Of a stretch of DNA of 64,000 bases, positions 50,436 through 63,830 are shown one piece after another. Each line of letters opens with the position of its first letter. Position 1 is the stretch's first letter. The notes beneath the pieces are model-generated. The model was given only the letters and a program-made list of their open reading frames with translations, did no database searches and was not told the origin of the DNA. This stretch comes from Antedon mediterranea (lineage: Eukaryota; Animalia; Echinodermata). Position numbers and translations under genes: made by a program. The DNA is taken from assembly GCF_964355755.1 (NCBI RefSeq), contig NC_092670.1:17780795-17844794 (forward strand), read 5' to 3'.

Positions 50436-51352
50436 TTTTCAACAAGAACAATACATTATATTGATTAGCTACAACTGATATGATGTTTCGATATTTGTGG
50501 TAAACTAGATTAGAAAAATACTTTATATTACGATTGATTACAACAGCCATTTCTTTATACATTTATTATATCACAGAAAAGTACACACTTAACATAATAT
50601 ACAGTTTAATTAGAAATGATATGATTATTATATTCTAAGTATTATTCATCAACTTATTATTATTCTAAGTATTAAGTCCTCTATAAAAATATGCTTTGAA
50701 ATTTCTATATTAAATATGTAAACCATACATCCCATGGGGACCTCGTTACGAAATTTGGCAAAAACTAATAGGGTGGGATTATACTAGGATTGCATTAAGA
50801 ATGGAAGTGCCAAAGTATTGTGTCTAAATTTATACTAAATTAGGGGTGGGATTACATTTGAGCATAGGATTATATTTGGTCATAATAATATACAGTATAA
50901 TAACATACAATACAGTATAATAACATTGTAGAACCCTACATTGTTCTATGCTTAGAATGCACCATACATTTAAGTTGACAAAACTTGTGCAGTACCTTAC
51001 TTTTAACTTATTAAAGACAGACAGGCAGTAAACAATTAAATAGTAATTCCAATAATTAATAATAGACAAAAACTATACAGTTAAAACTCCAACAAGGAAA
51101 CTAGTGAGATACAAGGAATACATATTATATAGAAAGAATATTAAAATTCAACACTGGACATTGTGTCCATTGTAATGTGTTTGGAAAGACTAATAATTGT
51201 AGTGTTATATATACTAAAATAATCAATAATTAAATAATTAATTAATTTCATGGCACCAGCCATACATTTAACTAGCCTGGACGAAGTAACATTAAAATAA
51301 TTGCGTATTTGAGAAAACATTATTAAGGTTTACAATTAATTAAACAAATGAT

Positions 51353-51940
51353 GATTGTACAGGCTAGTACTATACAAAGATTGTACAGGCTAGTACTATA
51401 CAAAGATTGTACAGGCTAGTACTATACAAAGACTGTACAGGCTAGTACTATACAAAGATTGTACAGGCTAGTACTATACAAAGATTGTACAGGCTAGTAC
51501 TATACAAAGACTGTACAGGCTAGTACTATACAAAGATTGTACAGGCTAGTACTATACAAAGATTGTACAGGCTAGTACTATACAAAGATTGTACAGGCTA
51601 GTACTATACAAAGATTGTACAGGCTAGTACTATACAAAGATTGTACAGGCTAGTACTATACAAAGATTGTACAGGCTAGTACTATACAAAGACTGTACAG
51701 GCTAGTACTATACAAAGATTGTACAGGCTAGTACTATACAAAGATTGTACAGGCTAGTACTATACAAAGATTGTACAGGCTAGTACTATACAAAGATTGT
51801 ACAGGCTAGTACTATACAAAGATTGTACAGGCTAGTACTATACAAAGATTGTACAGGCTAGTACTATACAAAGATTGTACAGGCTAGTACTATACAAAGA
51901 TTGTACAGGCTAGTACTATACAAAGATTGTACAGGCTAGT
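51353..51940. repeat. 26-bp minisatellite, ~22 copies, beginning 30 bp after the AVL9 stop codon
   Basis: Unit GATTGTACAGGCTAGTACTATACAAA; nearly invariant (occasional GAC for GAT). Confidence 0.98.
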
Positions 51941-51969
51941 GTTGACTATTACGGACTTGTACATTAAAT

Positions 51970-54900
51970 TTACATTGTTTGTGAGAAATCTAAGTGTTCT
52001 GGTTTCTCCTCATCTGTATCCCCATCTTCATTATCTTTCCATTCTTGGGCCAAGCTAGTGAACCATGACGATACGGCTGAGCGAGCATTGCCAATTGCTA
52101 CTGTCGTCTTACTCAAAGCGTTGTTTATTTTACGGCCACGCTCACTTGCTTGCATTGCACTATGAGGAAAAAACATTAGGCCTATTGTTACTATGGAATT
52201 GAGTAGATTGGAACCTCATAATTATGCGAGTGACACTTAGTTGAGTGACTCCTATTTAGATTGAATTGCACTGTGGTAAACAAAATTAGTAGTAGAGTAT
52301 TAACTATTAACTTAGTAATTATTTATTATTAGTATTAAACACTTTCTTGGTCTTGAATGTGTCCCTTAATAATTGTTAATGATATTAGTCAATGTAACGG
52401 TCATTCTAACCTCATACTGGTTCATTTGGGTTTTTTAAATACATTTTAGAACAGTTGCATCTATTCAAACAAGACATTTTTACCTTACAGTTTACACCAT
52501 CTGTGGCTGATCAATTTTATGTTATTTTCACATCATTTATGTACAATATAAACCTAACATAATGGTCTGGTATTTATTACTTGAAATTCATTCATTTATA
52601 CTTTCTTAGATTAGTGGGTTTTTTTTTCTGGTAGAAGTTGTATTATTAGTATTAAAATTAAACAAAAATGCGGTAGTGTCAAAGGTCACATGTTATTGGA
52701 TTTAGTTTGATCATTCCCATGATGCAAAATTGTTTTACCGAGTTGAAAATGACCAATGTCTGAAGCTGCTGTAGATGTAGAATAACACAACACATTTTAA
52801 ATATCTCATCTTATTGTTTGTGTGTATGGCGTGAATGGAGAATTATTAGGATTTTGTCAATTCTCGCTCACAATACTATGCATTTGTGACCAAATGAATA
52901 TTATTTTACTAAACTTTTGCATATAATTTTCACTCCTGGTCATGGTGCATTTGATTGATTGATTGTTGAATTCATTTTAAGTCAAATTTTTGCTTGGCCA
53001 TTTCTCATTTAATATTAACCACTCTCAGGCAGTAGTTTTTGATTATTATTTTTATTTATAAATTCAAACTAAACAGGTGTTCAACTAAACAGGTGATCAT
53101 TACCTTTGCAATCTAATCTTCATATCTGCAACCCCTAACTGTCCTTTACATGGATGCCTGAAACATACAAAAAAATCATATGGTTCATTCATCGGTGGAA
53201 ATATTTATATCATTTATATGAATATAAATATGTGTTGCTCTGCAACACACACATGCAAAAGTGGAATAGTGGAGCTGTAGCTTGGTGGTTAATGTGCTTG
53301 CCTTTCAATCTCAAGGTCCGGGGTTCAATTCTGACTCAGTGTAAAGGTTGTGACTCACGACTGTACTCTTTCAACTCCATTCAAATGAGACTAAAGCTCT
53401 GTCTAAACTATAAAACTAAGTGTAAATGTGCCCAAATATGGTAGTGATATCATCATATCCATATATGGGCACATCAAATTTTTTTGTCACATTTAGTGTT
53501 GATAGTGTAGAGACAGAGATTTAGTTCACAAGCACGATAAATTACAAAATAGTTTATCCATCCTGTACAGTAAGTACAAATTCTTTGGATTTACACTAGG
53601 GCCGTGGTTCACATATTTAGTCAGCAGAACCAGTGACCCCTCAATAAATAACATATTATTGCACATACCCAGCCAGCTCATTGTTAATTGCACTGTGCTG
53701 CTTACTTCTCCATATTTTATAATTGTGCGTTTTCTTCCAGGCCTCAATAAAATGCTCGTTGTATTCATGTGCAGCACTTTCATCTGTTACAAAGTAAAAA
53801 TGATAATACCATTATTTAATAATTTTTATGATAAAAGCCAGGGGGGTTCTTTTTTTCACAAAAAGGGGAAAGTGCTAGCGTAAGCAACTGAAGAAAAGAT
53901 AGATGTAGACCTAGTCTAGTAGATGAAAGTAATTTGGCAGCTGGTTAAGTAGAATTTGCTATAACATTGTCATAGGTTAGGTCAATTCTCTACTGTAGCA
54001 CTCGCTGTTGTTTGAAAGGGGCCATTTGGGAAATAGTGGGCGTTCATTCATTCCTGGCTACGGCCTTGAATGCTATTTTTTCCTGTTTCATATGTACTGT
54101 ATGTGATGTGAAAGCTAAATCTGTAGTTGTAGTAAGCTAAGACTACAATTATGTTTATTTTGCAATTTATTTTGAATTCTAAACGATTCAATGCTAAGGA
54201 CTGGTCAACAACCTCCATATTATTTGACCTGTACAGTACCTGGTTCCAGTGAAGATGCAAGAAGTGATATTAAGTATTGTCTGAACTGCGATCTTATCCA
54301 CTCATTACCTCCTTCCCATCCTATAATATAAGAAAAGTATTCACTATTATTTTAGTACGGTTGTTTCTGAAACTACTGTATGGTCATAGCTTAAGTGGGG
54401 GGGGGGGGGGGACCTTTCAGTATAAATGAGGGGAATAATTTTAATGATTCTTCTAAATTTTATTTAGTACAAGTATATTTTTTACATCTGTGTATCGTAA
54501 AGGACAAAGGCATGTATTACCAAAGCACTTAGTGTATATGCACATATTTAATTAGGCAACTTAAATATGCACATAATTATCAGGCTCAATATGTCTTACG
54601 AGGCTTACATGCAGTACCATAAATTATGACTATCCACTATATAATACATTACCAGTTCCATCAAACAGGATATCATTATCACCCATAACACTTTTAACAA
54701 TGACATCTGCAAAGCGAAGGTCAGCAGTACTTAGGCTTAGTTCTCGTTTTAAGTCATTGTCCAAGATCATCATTTTCCCTTCGTCTGGCTGTAAGAAATT
54801 AAAAATAAGCAATGGGAATAACAAATTGAACAGCATCAAGTAAGCTGAATGAATATTCTTCTGCTGTGCCATTCCAAACAATACAAATCACCCTATCAAC

Positions 54901-57900
54901 TATGAATCTTTTTTATATTGCAAAACTCCAGTGTTGCAGGATTGATGTTAATGTGAACTCTCAGGGGTTTCTGATTGATACTAGGCCTCCAGAATTTATT
55001 AAGTGTTTAATGTGAAGGGGTATTATTGCATATGACACACAATTGATTTCATATCGTAATCTGTTTATTTATAGGCAATTTTGTTCCCTAAAGAATACAA
55101 TCAATGCACCAGTGATTCTCCTGCTCCTTACCTCTACAATGACATCATGAAGATGTTTCTTCTGTTTGAATAAAATGTTTGTTGCACCAACCACAAAGCA
55201 CCTGACGTTGATATCTTGCAGGAGATCGTGTTGTTGTAAGGCCATGTATGGCTGGCATATTGATCCCTGTCAAATATAACAATCACCATCAATATCATTG
55301 TTATCAAGAATTTAACGTATACAGTGTTTAATGTATACAGTGTTTAAAAATGTTTCAATCTACCAATAGTACTGGGCATAATGGCACTATAGCTTGTGCA
55401 TATATCAATCCAAGCTCTGACTCTGTCACAGAAACAAAAAGCACCACTACCTGAGACTCATGGTTAGGAGTCTTGGTTTAGAAACTATGGTTTTAGTCAA
55501 CCTGTGAATAGGCTAATGCTGTTGAATGTGTAATGAAATAAAATTCCAATTGAGAACCCTTTTTTACCTTGCCAAATATTGAAAGTGGAAATCCAAATTC
55601 ATCTACATTGAGCGTACCAACTGGCAGTTCACGTTTCACAACAACGAACTCACTTGAAGAACTGGTTGGTGGAGCATTTTCTGATGTCATTGCTTTTTCA
55701 TTTTTCTCTTTCTCTGCATCATTAACAACTTCTTCTGCTTCACTTTTATTCTCATAATGTAATGTGTTATACGCATAAAAACGACTAGAACCCGTTTCAA
55801 TTTCAAGATCGTTACCGTTCGTCGTCTTTGGGATATTTTCTGTTTCTTCTTTGGTGGATTTATTTAATGATATTCCATATAATTCAGTTTCAATCAGCTC
55901 AAGAAGCTGGTCTTCATAAGATTGCACATGTTTGCTGCCCTCACTTTTCACTTGGTTGCTGCCCTCAACCACTTGTTTTTCACCCTCAGTTTTACATTTA
56001 TTTTCTTTATTTTCAGTTGCACTATTTTCAGATTGTGAAGCGTCTTGTTTATTAACACTAATGTTTGAATGTGTACTCTTTTCAAACATACCGCTATCAT
56101 TACCAAATTGTCCTTCTTTCGACATTCCTCCTACAGTCTTATTATCATCCCCCTCCTTTATAATGGAATCATCCTCAAATTTCAACTTTTTACAATTGTC
56201 CTGCATTGTGACATCATCGGGTTTGTTCACATCATTTAGCTTGCTATCTTTTATTGTTTCTGTTTCCACAACATCAGATTTTGTTTGTGATTCTTGTTTG
56301 ATTTGATTATCAGGTTTTTTAGAATAATTTGGTAAGTGGGAATCGTTTAACGTGAGGTAATCTGCAGTGCTGATGCCAAAGTCACTTAATTCAAAATCGC
56401 ATGCAGTTCCTGAACTCTGTTCAAATGTGACGGACTCTTTTAAACCATGTTGAATCATACCTACAAATATCAAAAGGTTGAATCTATGTCAACAATAACT
56501 TAAGTGTTAAAGCTTGGTTCCCACTAGGGACGCAGTACGTAAGCGATTTGACCAATCACGAGCAATTGATTATTCAAACTGTCGATTGTCATTGGTTAAC
56601 TCGCTTGTGTTGCATCTACGCCCTTGCATTGCGTCTCTATCTAGTGGGAACCAGGCTTAAAACTATCTTGGTATTTGGTGAATTTTGTGCAACTCTACTT
56701 GGCAGTAGTCCTACTGTAGTTTCCTAGTATGAACTTGGAATATGGTTTAAACTGCCCTTGGGAATTTATCATGTCATTCATAACCGAAACCTGTAACATG
56801 GTTTACATTGCCCTCTGGGGATTCATGATGCAATTCATAACCACAACTTAAAATATTGTTTCTGCCACTTCCTAGTGATTCTTAATGTGGTCTATGACAG
56901 GTAACATTGTCAGAAGAACCCATTATGTTAATATGACCAATGGCGTAACGGCTGGCTAAACTCAGGGCCCCGGAGCTTACAGGGGCCCTGAACAGTGCCC
57001 AGAGTAAATAACAGGCATTCAAATATGTCAAAAAAGGCTAAAAACTTAGGGTTTGTAAACCAGGGGCCTAGGCCTCTGCGTTACGCCACAGAATATGACC
57101 CCCTCTAATATCAGCATATCCTTTCAGTTGCTTCTCTGACTGTGATCTTGTGAACACTGTATGTAGCTACAGGACAGTATAAATGATATCTTATTTTTCT
57201 ATACAAATTACCAGTCGGCTTACCTGGGAAAAGGGATAGTAAAGTTAGTAGTGATCCACACAGCTTTTCAACGGGTGAGGTGTAGAATAAGACCCGTCGT
57301 TCAAGTAACATAAGTTTAAATAAAACAAGCACCTGCCAATAAAAAACAATAAAAATAAGAATAAAATAGGTATACTTAATAAAGAAACATTTTATATAGC
57401 CTACTGGAATCTTGACCTAACCAGCTCTAGTACTTGGTAACTATAATTTTATTTGGCTCCTAGTCAGTTATAAAAGATAAAGTTATTATTATTATTATTA
57501 TTAATCAAAAACAAAGAGAATATTAATATTTTTAGTCGCGACTCTATAGCTTACTGAGACGGTCGGTCGGTAAACACTAACTTGAGCATGCGACTACAGC
57601 CATGTATATGGCCTTGTTTGTGATCAGAAGCTAATGAAAATGTACTTTACAGTCCCCAGGTTTGTTAATTTGGGCTAGCAAATATGGGTACATATATAAA
57701 ATAAACCACAATTATTCTTACTTTATGCTTAAATGTTGTAACAAGCTCTCGGGCATCCAAACCAATTAACATCTGTGAGCTACTAATCAACTCATGGCTA
57801 CTTATACACAATGACAAGTTCTTATATAAATCCTGAAAGAATAAGTACAGTATTGAATAAGTACAATATTGTATAGGTCTAATACTGAATAAATATACAA

Positions 57901-60900
57901 TAATACTGAATAAGTAAAATATTGAATAGGTCTAATACTGAATAAATATACAGTAATATTAAATAAGTACAATATTGAATAAGATTAGTCTACTAAATAG
58001 TAAGTACAATATTGAAAAAGTACCAAATTGAATAAGTCTTAATACAGTACTGAATAAGTACAATACTGAATAAGTTAAATACTGAATTATAAGTACAATA
58101 ACAAGCAATCTCTTAATTTAGTGTAGGTTCTGAATCTAAATAGCGGGATTTTGACACACATAACTACACTTGAGTTGAAAAAAAAACTTGCTGGTGGCGC
58201 TTTATAAAAAGAAACAAAACAAATATTATATAAACATTGGCATGCTCCTTTAATATCATATGTATTAAATGTGACTCACTTTTAAGATTTCAGTTCTAGA
58301 AAAATCCTTTTCTTCAAAATATGCATGGGTGATTAACTGTAGTTTTGCTTGAATCCAACCATACACAGGCTTAATAGAAAAAACAAGTGCAATATGAAAC
58401 ATAATTACTTATTCACATGATAAGCACAAGGATATTACTGATTGTTCTTGTCAGTTCAAATAGCTTTCCATTTATTTATCTTACATTACAAGTAATTGCT
58501 ACTTCAAGTAAAGACTAAAATACAGTTTCAATGATCTTTTTCATTTTTCTTTTCCACAGATTAAAGAGTTATACAGATAATATATTATCATTATGCAATA
58601 TTACATCATTATATAAAATGGAGAATAAAAACTAGTAAAGTTTAGGTTTGTGGGAAATAAGTCACAGTAGTTAAGAATTTCTCAACGTTACTTGTAACGT
58701 TATAAAAACATCATCAAAACATCATCAATGTTCTTGTGCCCCTAATATGTCCTCTTTATAGAGGCTCTATTTTATATAATATTGTAGTTAAAAAGACAAA
58801 TTTTGACAAATAAACTTATTTACCAAATTACTTAGTATGCACACAGATTTCTGAACAGTTCCTCTTGTGATATCATCAGTCTTTGAAATAAGATCCTATA
58901 AAATTAAAGTTTATTGTAGCAGTTTAAGGAAGCTATTTTAATTTGATAGTGAACATTTGACAAGTTTGATGAGCAAAGTGAGTAGGATACATCTTTTGTA
59001 TTGCTTCACTGCTATACCTGCCATATTATGTTGTGTAGCAATAAAGGTTACTATTTGGAGCATTTTGGTGGAAGTTTTCACTATGACACAAAGCTAAACA
59101 CTTATCTACAAATTCAATCAAATCAGTAGTACAGTCAACTCTTCCAATACTGGACACCTTTGGGTTGGCCTATTATGCCTGGTTTTTCAGAAATTCTGGT
59201 ATTCCGAATGTGTTTCTAAAAATGAATTTTGGACCTTAAGAAAACTCTGGCTTTGGGAGAGTTTTTGGTTTTTAGAGAGTCCAGTATTGGGAGAGTTGAC
59301 TGTATTTAAATATGGACCTTTATAGGTCCATGGTATAAACTACTACTGTTATTATGAATCTGGATTCCGGAAAACCAAACATTTTTGGCCAACCCAAGAG
59401 TGTCAGTTTCTAGGCATTTTAAGCCAACTCAAACCAATTTATATTTTGTAAATTACACAAACAATCAATATCTGTCTAGATTATTTAAAATATTATCATA
59501 GTAGCAAATGTCATCTAAGTGATCATATGTTTTTTTATAGTACGTTTTTTATTTTACTTTTATTTGTATGTATGTCTTTTATATAAACTGTATATATCTT
59601 TTAAATTATGTATGTTTTTATTTTTCTTTATTATAAGTTATAACTTTTCTTTACTTTTAAAACTTGTAACTGAACCATTTTGAAAAGCAGTATGTTACTG
59701 AAAATGCAATCCAGTCAAAAGAAATAATAAATAAATAATAAAATATTTTATAGGCCAACAGTACATCTGCTGGATTAGGGGAAAGTACAATGACAAAGGG
59801 TAGGTTTAGAATAAAAAGACAATGGTCATTTAAGAAGATATTAGATTAAGATTAAAAAAAACAATTTGTTACTGGCAGCTATAATATTCATACCTCTGTG
59901 TTTATTTGTCGATAACAGGAAACGCCAAAAACTGTTGATGTTTTATCATCTAATGCTGGTAGGTGAAAATAAATGGTATCTGAAATTATAATTAAAATAT
60001 TTAATAACAAGATTAAAAATCAATTATTATAAATTAATAACATGAGGTTTACTACAGGCAACCAGTTAATGAATCTGAGGAACGGGTCCATATATACAAA
60101 CTTTAAGCTCTGTCTCCACTATCAAACAACTCTACAGTATGTGACAAAAAATGTGATGCCACATATTTGGGTATATCACAACCATATTTGGGTACATTAC
60201 ACTTTTTTTTGTCAAACTAGTATGATAGTGTAGACAGAGCGTTAGGACAGGTACATTTTGACACAAATTATTATTATTACCCGAACCTGTTATCAACGAT
60301 CAAGCTACACATACAAAATGTGGCACAGTCACCCAAACACATCATCAACAGATCTTACTCAAATGTCAAAACTTTTATAAAAATATAGAATTAAAATTCA
60401 CTAAATTGAATTATTTAATAATGCCTTTTAAAATCACTAAAACAAAAATATATATTAATGTAAATGCATACACATTTTGAATACAATGAATTAATAAGAT
60501 AAAATGTTAAGAATACCATGGATATTCATTTGTAGCAGTACAGGGTAGACCTTGGTATAATAGTGACATTCTTGTTTGAAAGGTAAGGTTTATCAGGGAA
60601 GAGTTAACCCTTGGTTTATTTATATACACTATAAATTATAATCTACTCTGTGTTGGATGAATATCAATTGGGTTGAATTGAAATATACAATACCTTGTAA
60701 GTGATTATGTGCACCATCAGGTAAAGCAAGGAATGGTAAGTATTTCCACTCTTCAGGTAACTCGCAACTGTTTTCGGGCTCTCCGTCAACCAATGGTGGG
60801 TAAGAAAAATCAACCTTTTTCAATAAAAAACAAATATTAAGAAAATGTTTACTGCTTGCTAAATAAATTATAATTTATTTTATGGCAGTCATGCATGATC

Positions 60901-61281
60901 AGTGTGATTATTATTTGAAGAAATAATTAGGCCTAGGGCCTAGGCTAGCTACCTGACTTCTAGGTCGCATCACCGAGGCACAATGTCCCTCCTCCTGCCT
61001 CCTGTTTTGATATGATGATGGCTATGGCCTAGCCCTATGTTAAGTAGGCCTGGTGGTATGCCGTGGACGTCGTGTGTGCGGGAATCCGTGTGTGCTGTGC
61101 ATGCTACTTTAATTAGCTTACCTAGTATAGTAGCCTAGGCTACTACTAGGAGAAGTTAGGAGAGCAATCAAATGAATGTACTTAAATATCAACTCCTTAC
61201 CTGACAACCTCTTTTATGATGAAACCCAACCACAACAACATGGAGGATAAAACCCCCGCCTAGTGGCTTAACTTCTGCCAT
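51970..61281 (-). CDS. AVL9: Late secretory pathway protein AVL9 homolog (DENN-related), 14 coding exons, 757 aa
   Basis: Exons 61281-61201, 60814-60694, 59979-59894, 58895-58824, 58369-58280, 57832-57722, 57332-57224, 56460-55568, 55266-55132, 54788-54653, 54320-54240, 53783-53669, 53157-53104 and 52159-51970 total 2274 nt and are phase-consistent. Hallmarks: HVVVVGFHHKRGCQVDFSYPPL, WKYLPFLALPDGAHN, FGVSCYRQI, TRGTVQKSVC, PYMALQQ, VGATNILF, LSTADLRFAD, WEGGNEWIR. Confidence 0.97.
53269..53385 (+). mobile_element. tRNA-derived SINE head, same family as 9180-9305
   Basis: GTAGCTTGGTGGTTAATGTGCTTGCCTTTCAATCTCAAGGTCCGGGGTTCAATTCTGAC, followed by the shared body ...CTCTTTCAACTCCA. Confidence 0.75.
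56511..56657. mobile_element. Harbinger-like MITE family B copy in an AVL9 intron
   Basis: AGCTTGGTTCCCACTAG / CTAGTGGGAACCAGGCT with TAA on both flanks. Confidence 0.88.
56938..57091. mobile_element. hAT MITE with perfect 8-bp TSD
   Basis: TIR CAATGGCGTAACG / CGTTACGCCACAG, TSD AATATGAC at 56930-56937 and 57092-57099, and internal GGGGCCC motifs. Confidence 0.88.
57529..57620 (+). mobile_element. Short Helentron/DINE-like (HINE) element
   Basis: T-run start, subterminal inverted repeat TAGTCGC/GCGACTA, (GGTC)n microsatellite, 3' hairpin GCCATGTATATGGC, then CTTGTTT. Confidence 0.6.
57838..58100. repeat. Degenerate AT-rich tandem repeat in an AVL9 intron
   Basis: Recurrent AATAAGTACAATAYTG units of ~16-17 bp. 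Confidence 0.75.
59132..59302. mobile_element. pogo/Tigger-like MITE
   Basis: TA|CAGTCAACTCTTCCAATACTGGAC ... GTCCAGTATTGGGAGAGTTGACTG|TA. Confidence 0.88.
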
Positions 61282-61339
61282 AACATATCATATAATGTAC
61301 GACGAGGCCTCCACTTTAACAAAAATTTTCTCCTACAGC

Positions 61340-61470
61340 AGTACTTTTTTCGTATCTTTGTTTATCCCGGAAGTAGCTTGCTTCAAAGGGTCAAATTGCC
61401 ACGAAGGGGTCAAATATAGCCTCACAATTTGGCGCGAATTTTTGCGACTGGCACGTTGGACGGCTGTATA
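61340..61470 (-). promoter_or_regulatory. Putative AVL9 promoter region
   Basis: CpG-rich patch upstream of the ATG with CCGGAAGT (ETS-like, ~61367-61374) and TTTGGCGCGAA (E2F-like, ~61428-61438). Confidence 0.45.
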
Positions 61471-62920
61471 CAATTCAAAATGGGCCCATGTTCAGATAGT
61501 CTGGGCTCCAGACGGAGTTTTTTCTTAATATTAGTAAAAATATAAATATTTTTGCACATATGGCGTTTCATACGTGTATTACTTGAGTTTGGATACTCCG
61601 TCTGGGGAAACACGCAAAAGTCACGTGGTTTGACACCAAGAATTCTTGGTGCATAGATTATCCGGTTGACTAGTTTCAGCTGCATGCGATTGGCTACTCA
61701 CTCGTACACTGTTTTAATATTCATGTTTCAGAATTTCAAAGACTCAACAACTAAGAAGGTATGCATGTGCTATGTTACGTTTAGACAATGTGTACTTGGG
61801 TACATTAATGAAAGTTTCTGAAGGCTAGAAATGATTTTATTTATACCGTACAGCCTAGTAGTAGTCTGGTAAACATTTGATGGGATTTTTCCCAAGAAAA
61901 CTCGTCTTGCTTCTCCGCAAATCAAACATTGAATGGATCATTATTACGCGGAGATAATTTGATTTAATTCCCACCCAGACCCTGCTGTTCTGTGTAGTGG
62001 TGTACAACTCCCTGGACTGGTGTAGCCCTGTCTGTTGTGTGTGAATCCTGTTGTGTGCCGGTGGTGGTATGTAGGCCTACCTTATTGGTGTTTTATTTGG
62101 CAGGTCATACGTGCGAGTTGAGTAGGACCTACGAAGGAGGCCTAGGCTAAGGACTAAACAATTAATAAACAAAACAACTTGGCAACACGATTTCATATTT
62201 CAACAGTCTCGATCGTACATTCAGCACTGTACGTACTCGATCTTTTTCATTTTGAAACAAAATGATCATTGGTTGATTCGAAATCCGTATTTACATACCG
62301 CCCGCCCCATATAGCCAAATACGGTATGATAACCTACGTCATTCTTATTGGATGTTTGCGGTCTGCAAATCGATTTCTATACGTGTTTCACAAGTCTGTA
62401 TTTTCAGACAAAAATCGCGGTCGAAATAAAAACAAATAAATAAAAATAAAAAACAATACAGACTTGGGGCAAGTCTAATGTTCAGATAACTGTTTCTTTT
62501 TATTGTCTTGACTCCAAATTAAATTTTATTTCCTTTGTGTGCGCACTTTTTTTCCATAAACTTAAAGATTAGAAGAAAAAGAAGTTTTTACAGAACAAAA
62601 TATTATTTCCGTGCCGGAACAGGTGTGAAAAAAATAATTAATTAGGCAATTCTCACTTCAATCAACAAGAAGCCTGCGCATAGTAGACCGATATCGCCAA
62701 CCCCCTGAAAACATATTTTTAAATTTTTTGTTGATTGTCTTTTATGCAGAATAGTTCACGACCAATAATTGACCAATAACAAAATTATTTACCTGAAAAA
62801 AATTTAATTTATAAAGCAAAAAGAGCTTCCAGCCAATTGTTTTTGTTTAATTTAACCGTTTATTTTGTCATTTTTATATGATATAAAAGTATAATTAAGT
62901 AACATTTTCTTTTCCTACGG

Positions 62921-62981
62921 CAGAGGTGCCTAGTTTTAACAAGAGTCACCTGAGGTGACTCTTGTTAAAACTAGGCCTCTG
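62921..62981. repeat. Perfect 24-bp-arm palindrome with 1-nt spacer
   Basis: GCCTAGTTTTAACAAGAGTCACCT-G-AGGTGACTCTTGTTAAAACTAGGC, extended by CAGAG/CTCTG. Confidence 0.95.
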
Positions 62982-63549
62982 GCCTAATTTATTTCTTCAC
63001 GTTTCATGTTTTTATGGGACAATATATATTGTCACATAATATTCACTTTGACCATAAATTGGATAGAAAAAAAAAGGCAAATTTATTCAATCAGTGACTC
63101 AACAGGTCCACCCATGGTTATTTCTGTTTTTCTCTTTTTATCAAAGTGAATGTTTTGGGGTTTTTTTTCTACGGAAGTAATCTTATTTAAACTGCAAAAT
63201 TGCTTATTTTACGTCTGATTCTTTAATCCTAATTGGATGTGGATGAGAGAGGGACATGTATGCATCTTTTCATTTCACATTTTAGGCCACCCCACCCGCA
63301 CACGGTGAAGCTTTTTGTGTTTATACGATTGAACTTTTGACGACACTTCCATTTTTACTCACAATTAATACATTATTTGAAATAATATAACAATATTTTA
63401 AAGAACCGTTTTAAATATAAATCATTGATGGCAAGATCGCACATTTAACAAGTCACGTAAAGTTTTCTCTACAGTACACGTACTATTTAGATTATGAACT
63501 AATTTTAATGGTTTTGGGAGTTTTGGTATGTACTTTATACTTCTACTGT

Positions 63550-63830
63550 ATAGTTGTCACGTGGTTGGGGTATTGATATTGACGAATGGTTGTATCCCAA
63601 TTGCAAATGGACGCGTGGCACGTGAACCAATCCAACTCATCAATCGCCGGCGCCCTCCTACACACGATCGCCATTTTCTGTGCAAAGAAAGAAAGAGGAA
63701 GTGATATCTGCCAAATTTATTTAGCGATTGTGTGCCTGGCCTTGTCGTACCGGGTTTTGTTTTTGAAATTTACCAAATTATCAATCATTTGACGGTAAAA
63801 TATTAAGTTTAACTATCTTAGTAGGTATTA
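63550..63830 (+). promoter_or_regulatory. Putative promoter/first exon of the next gene (body outside the window)
   Basis: Two CACGTG E-boxes (~63558, ~63620), CCAAT (~63627), YY1-like CGCCATTTT (63669-63677) and CpG enrichment, followed by a possible donor AG|GTATTA near 63824 and a TAGGCC tract. Confidence 0.4.

Noticed and set aside
51353-51940. Pumilio response elements in the AVL9 3' UTR array
   Set aside because: Units contain UGUA but not the full UGUANAUA consensus.
55493-56473. 326-aa ORF as a standalone gene, and the antisense ORFs 55569-56306
   Set aside because: It is exon 8 of AVL9; the antisense ORFs are shadows of its biased codon content.
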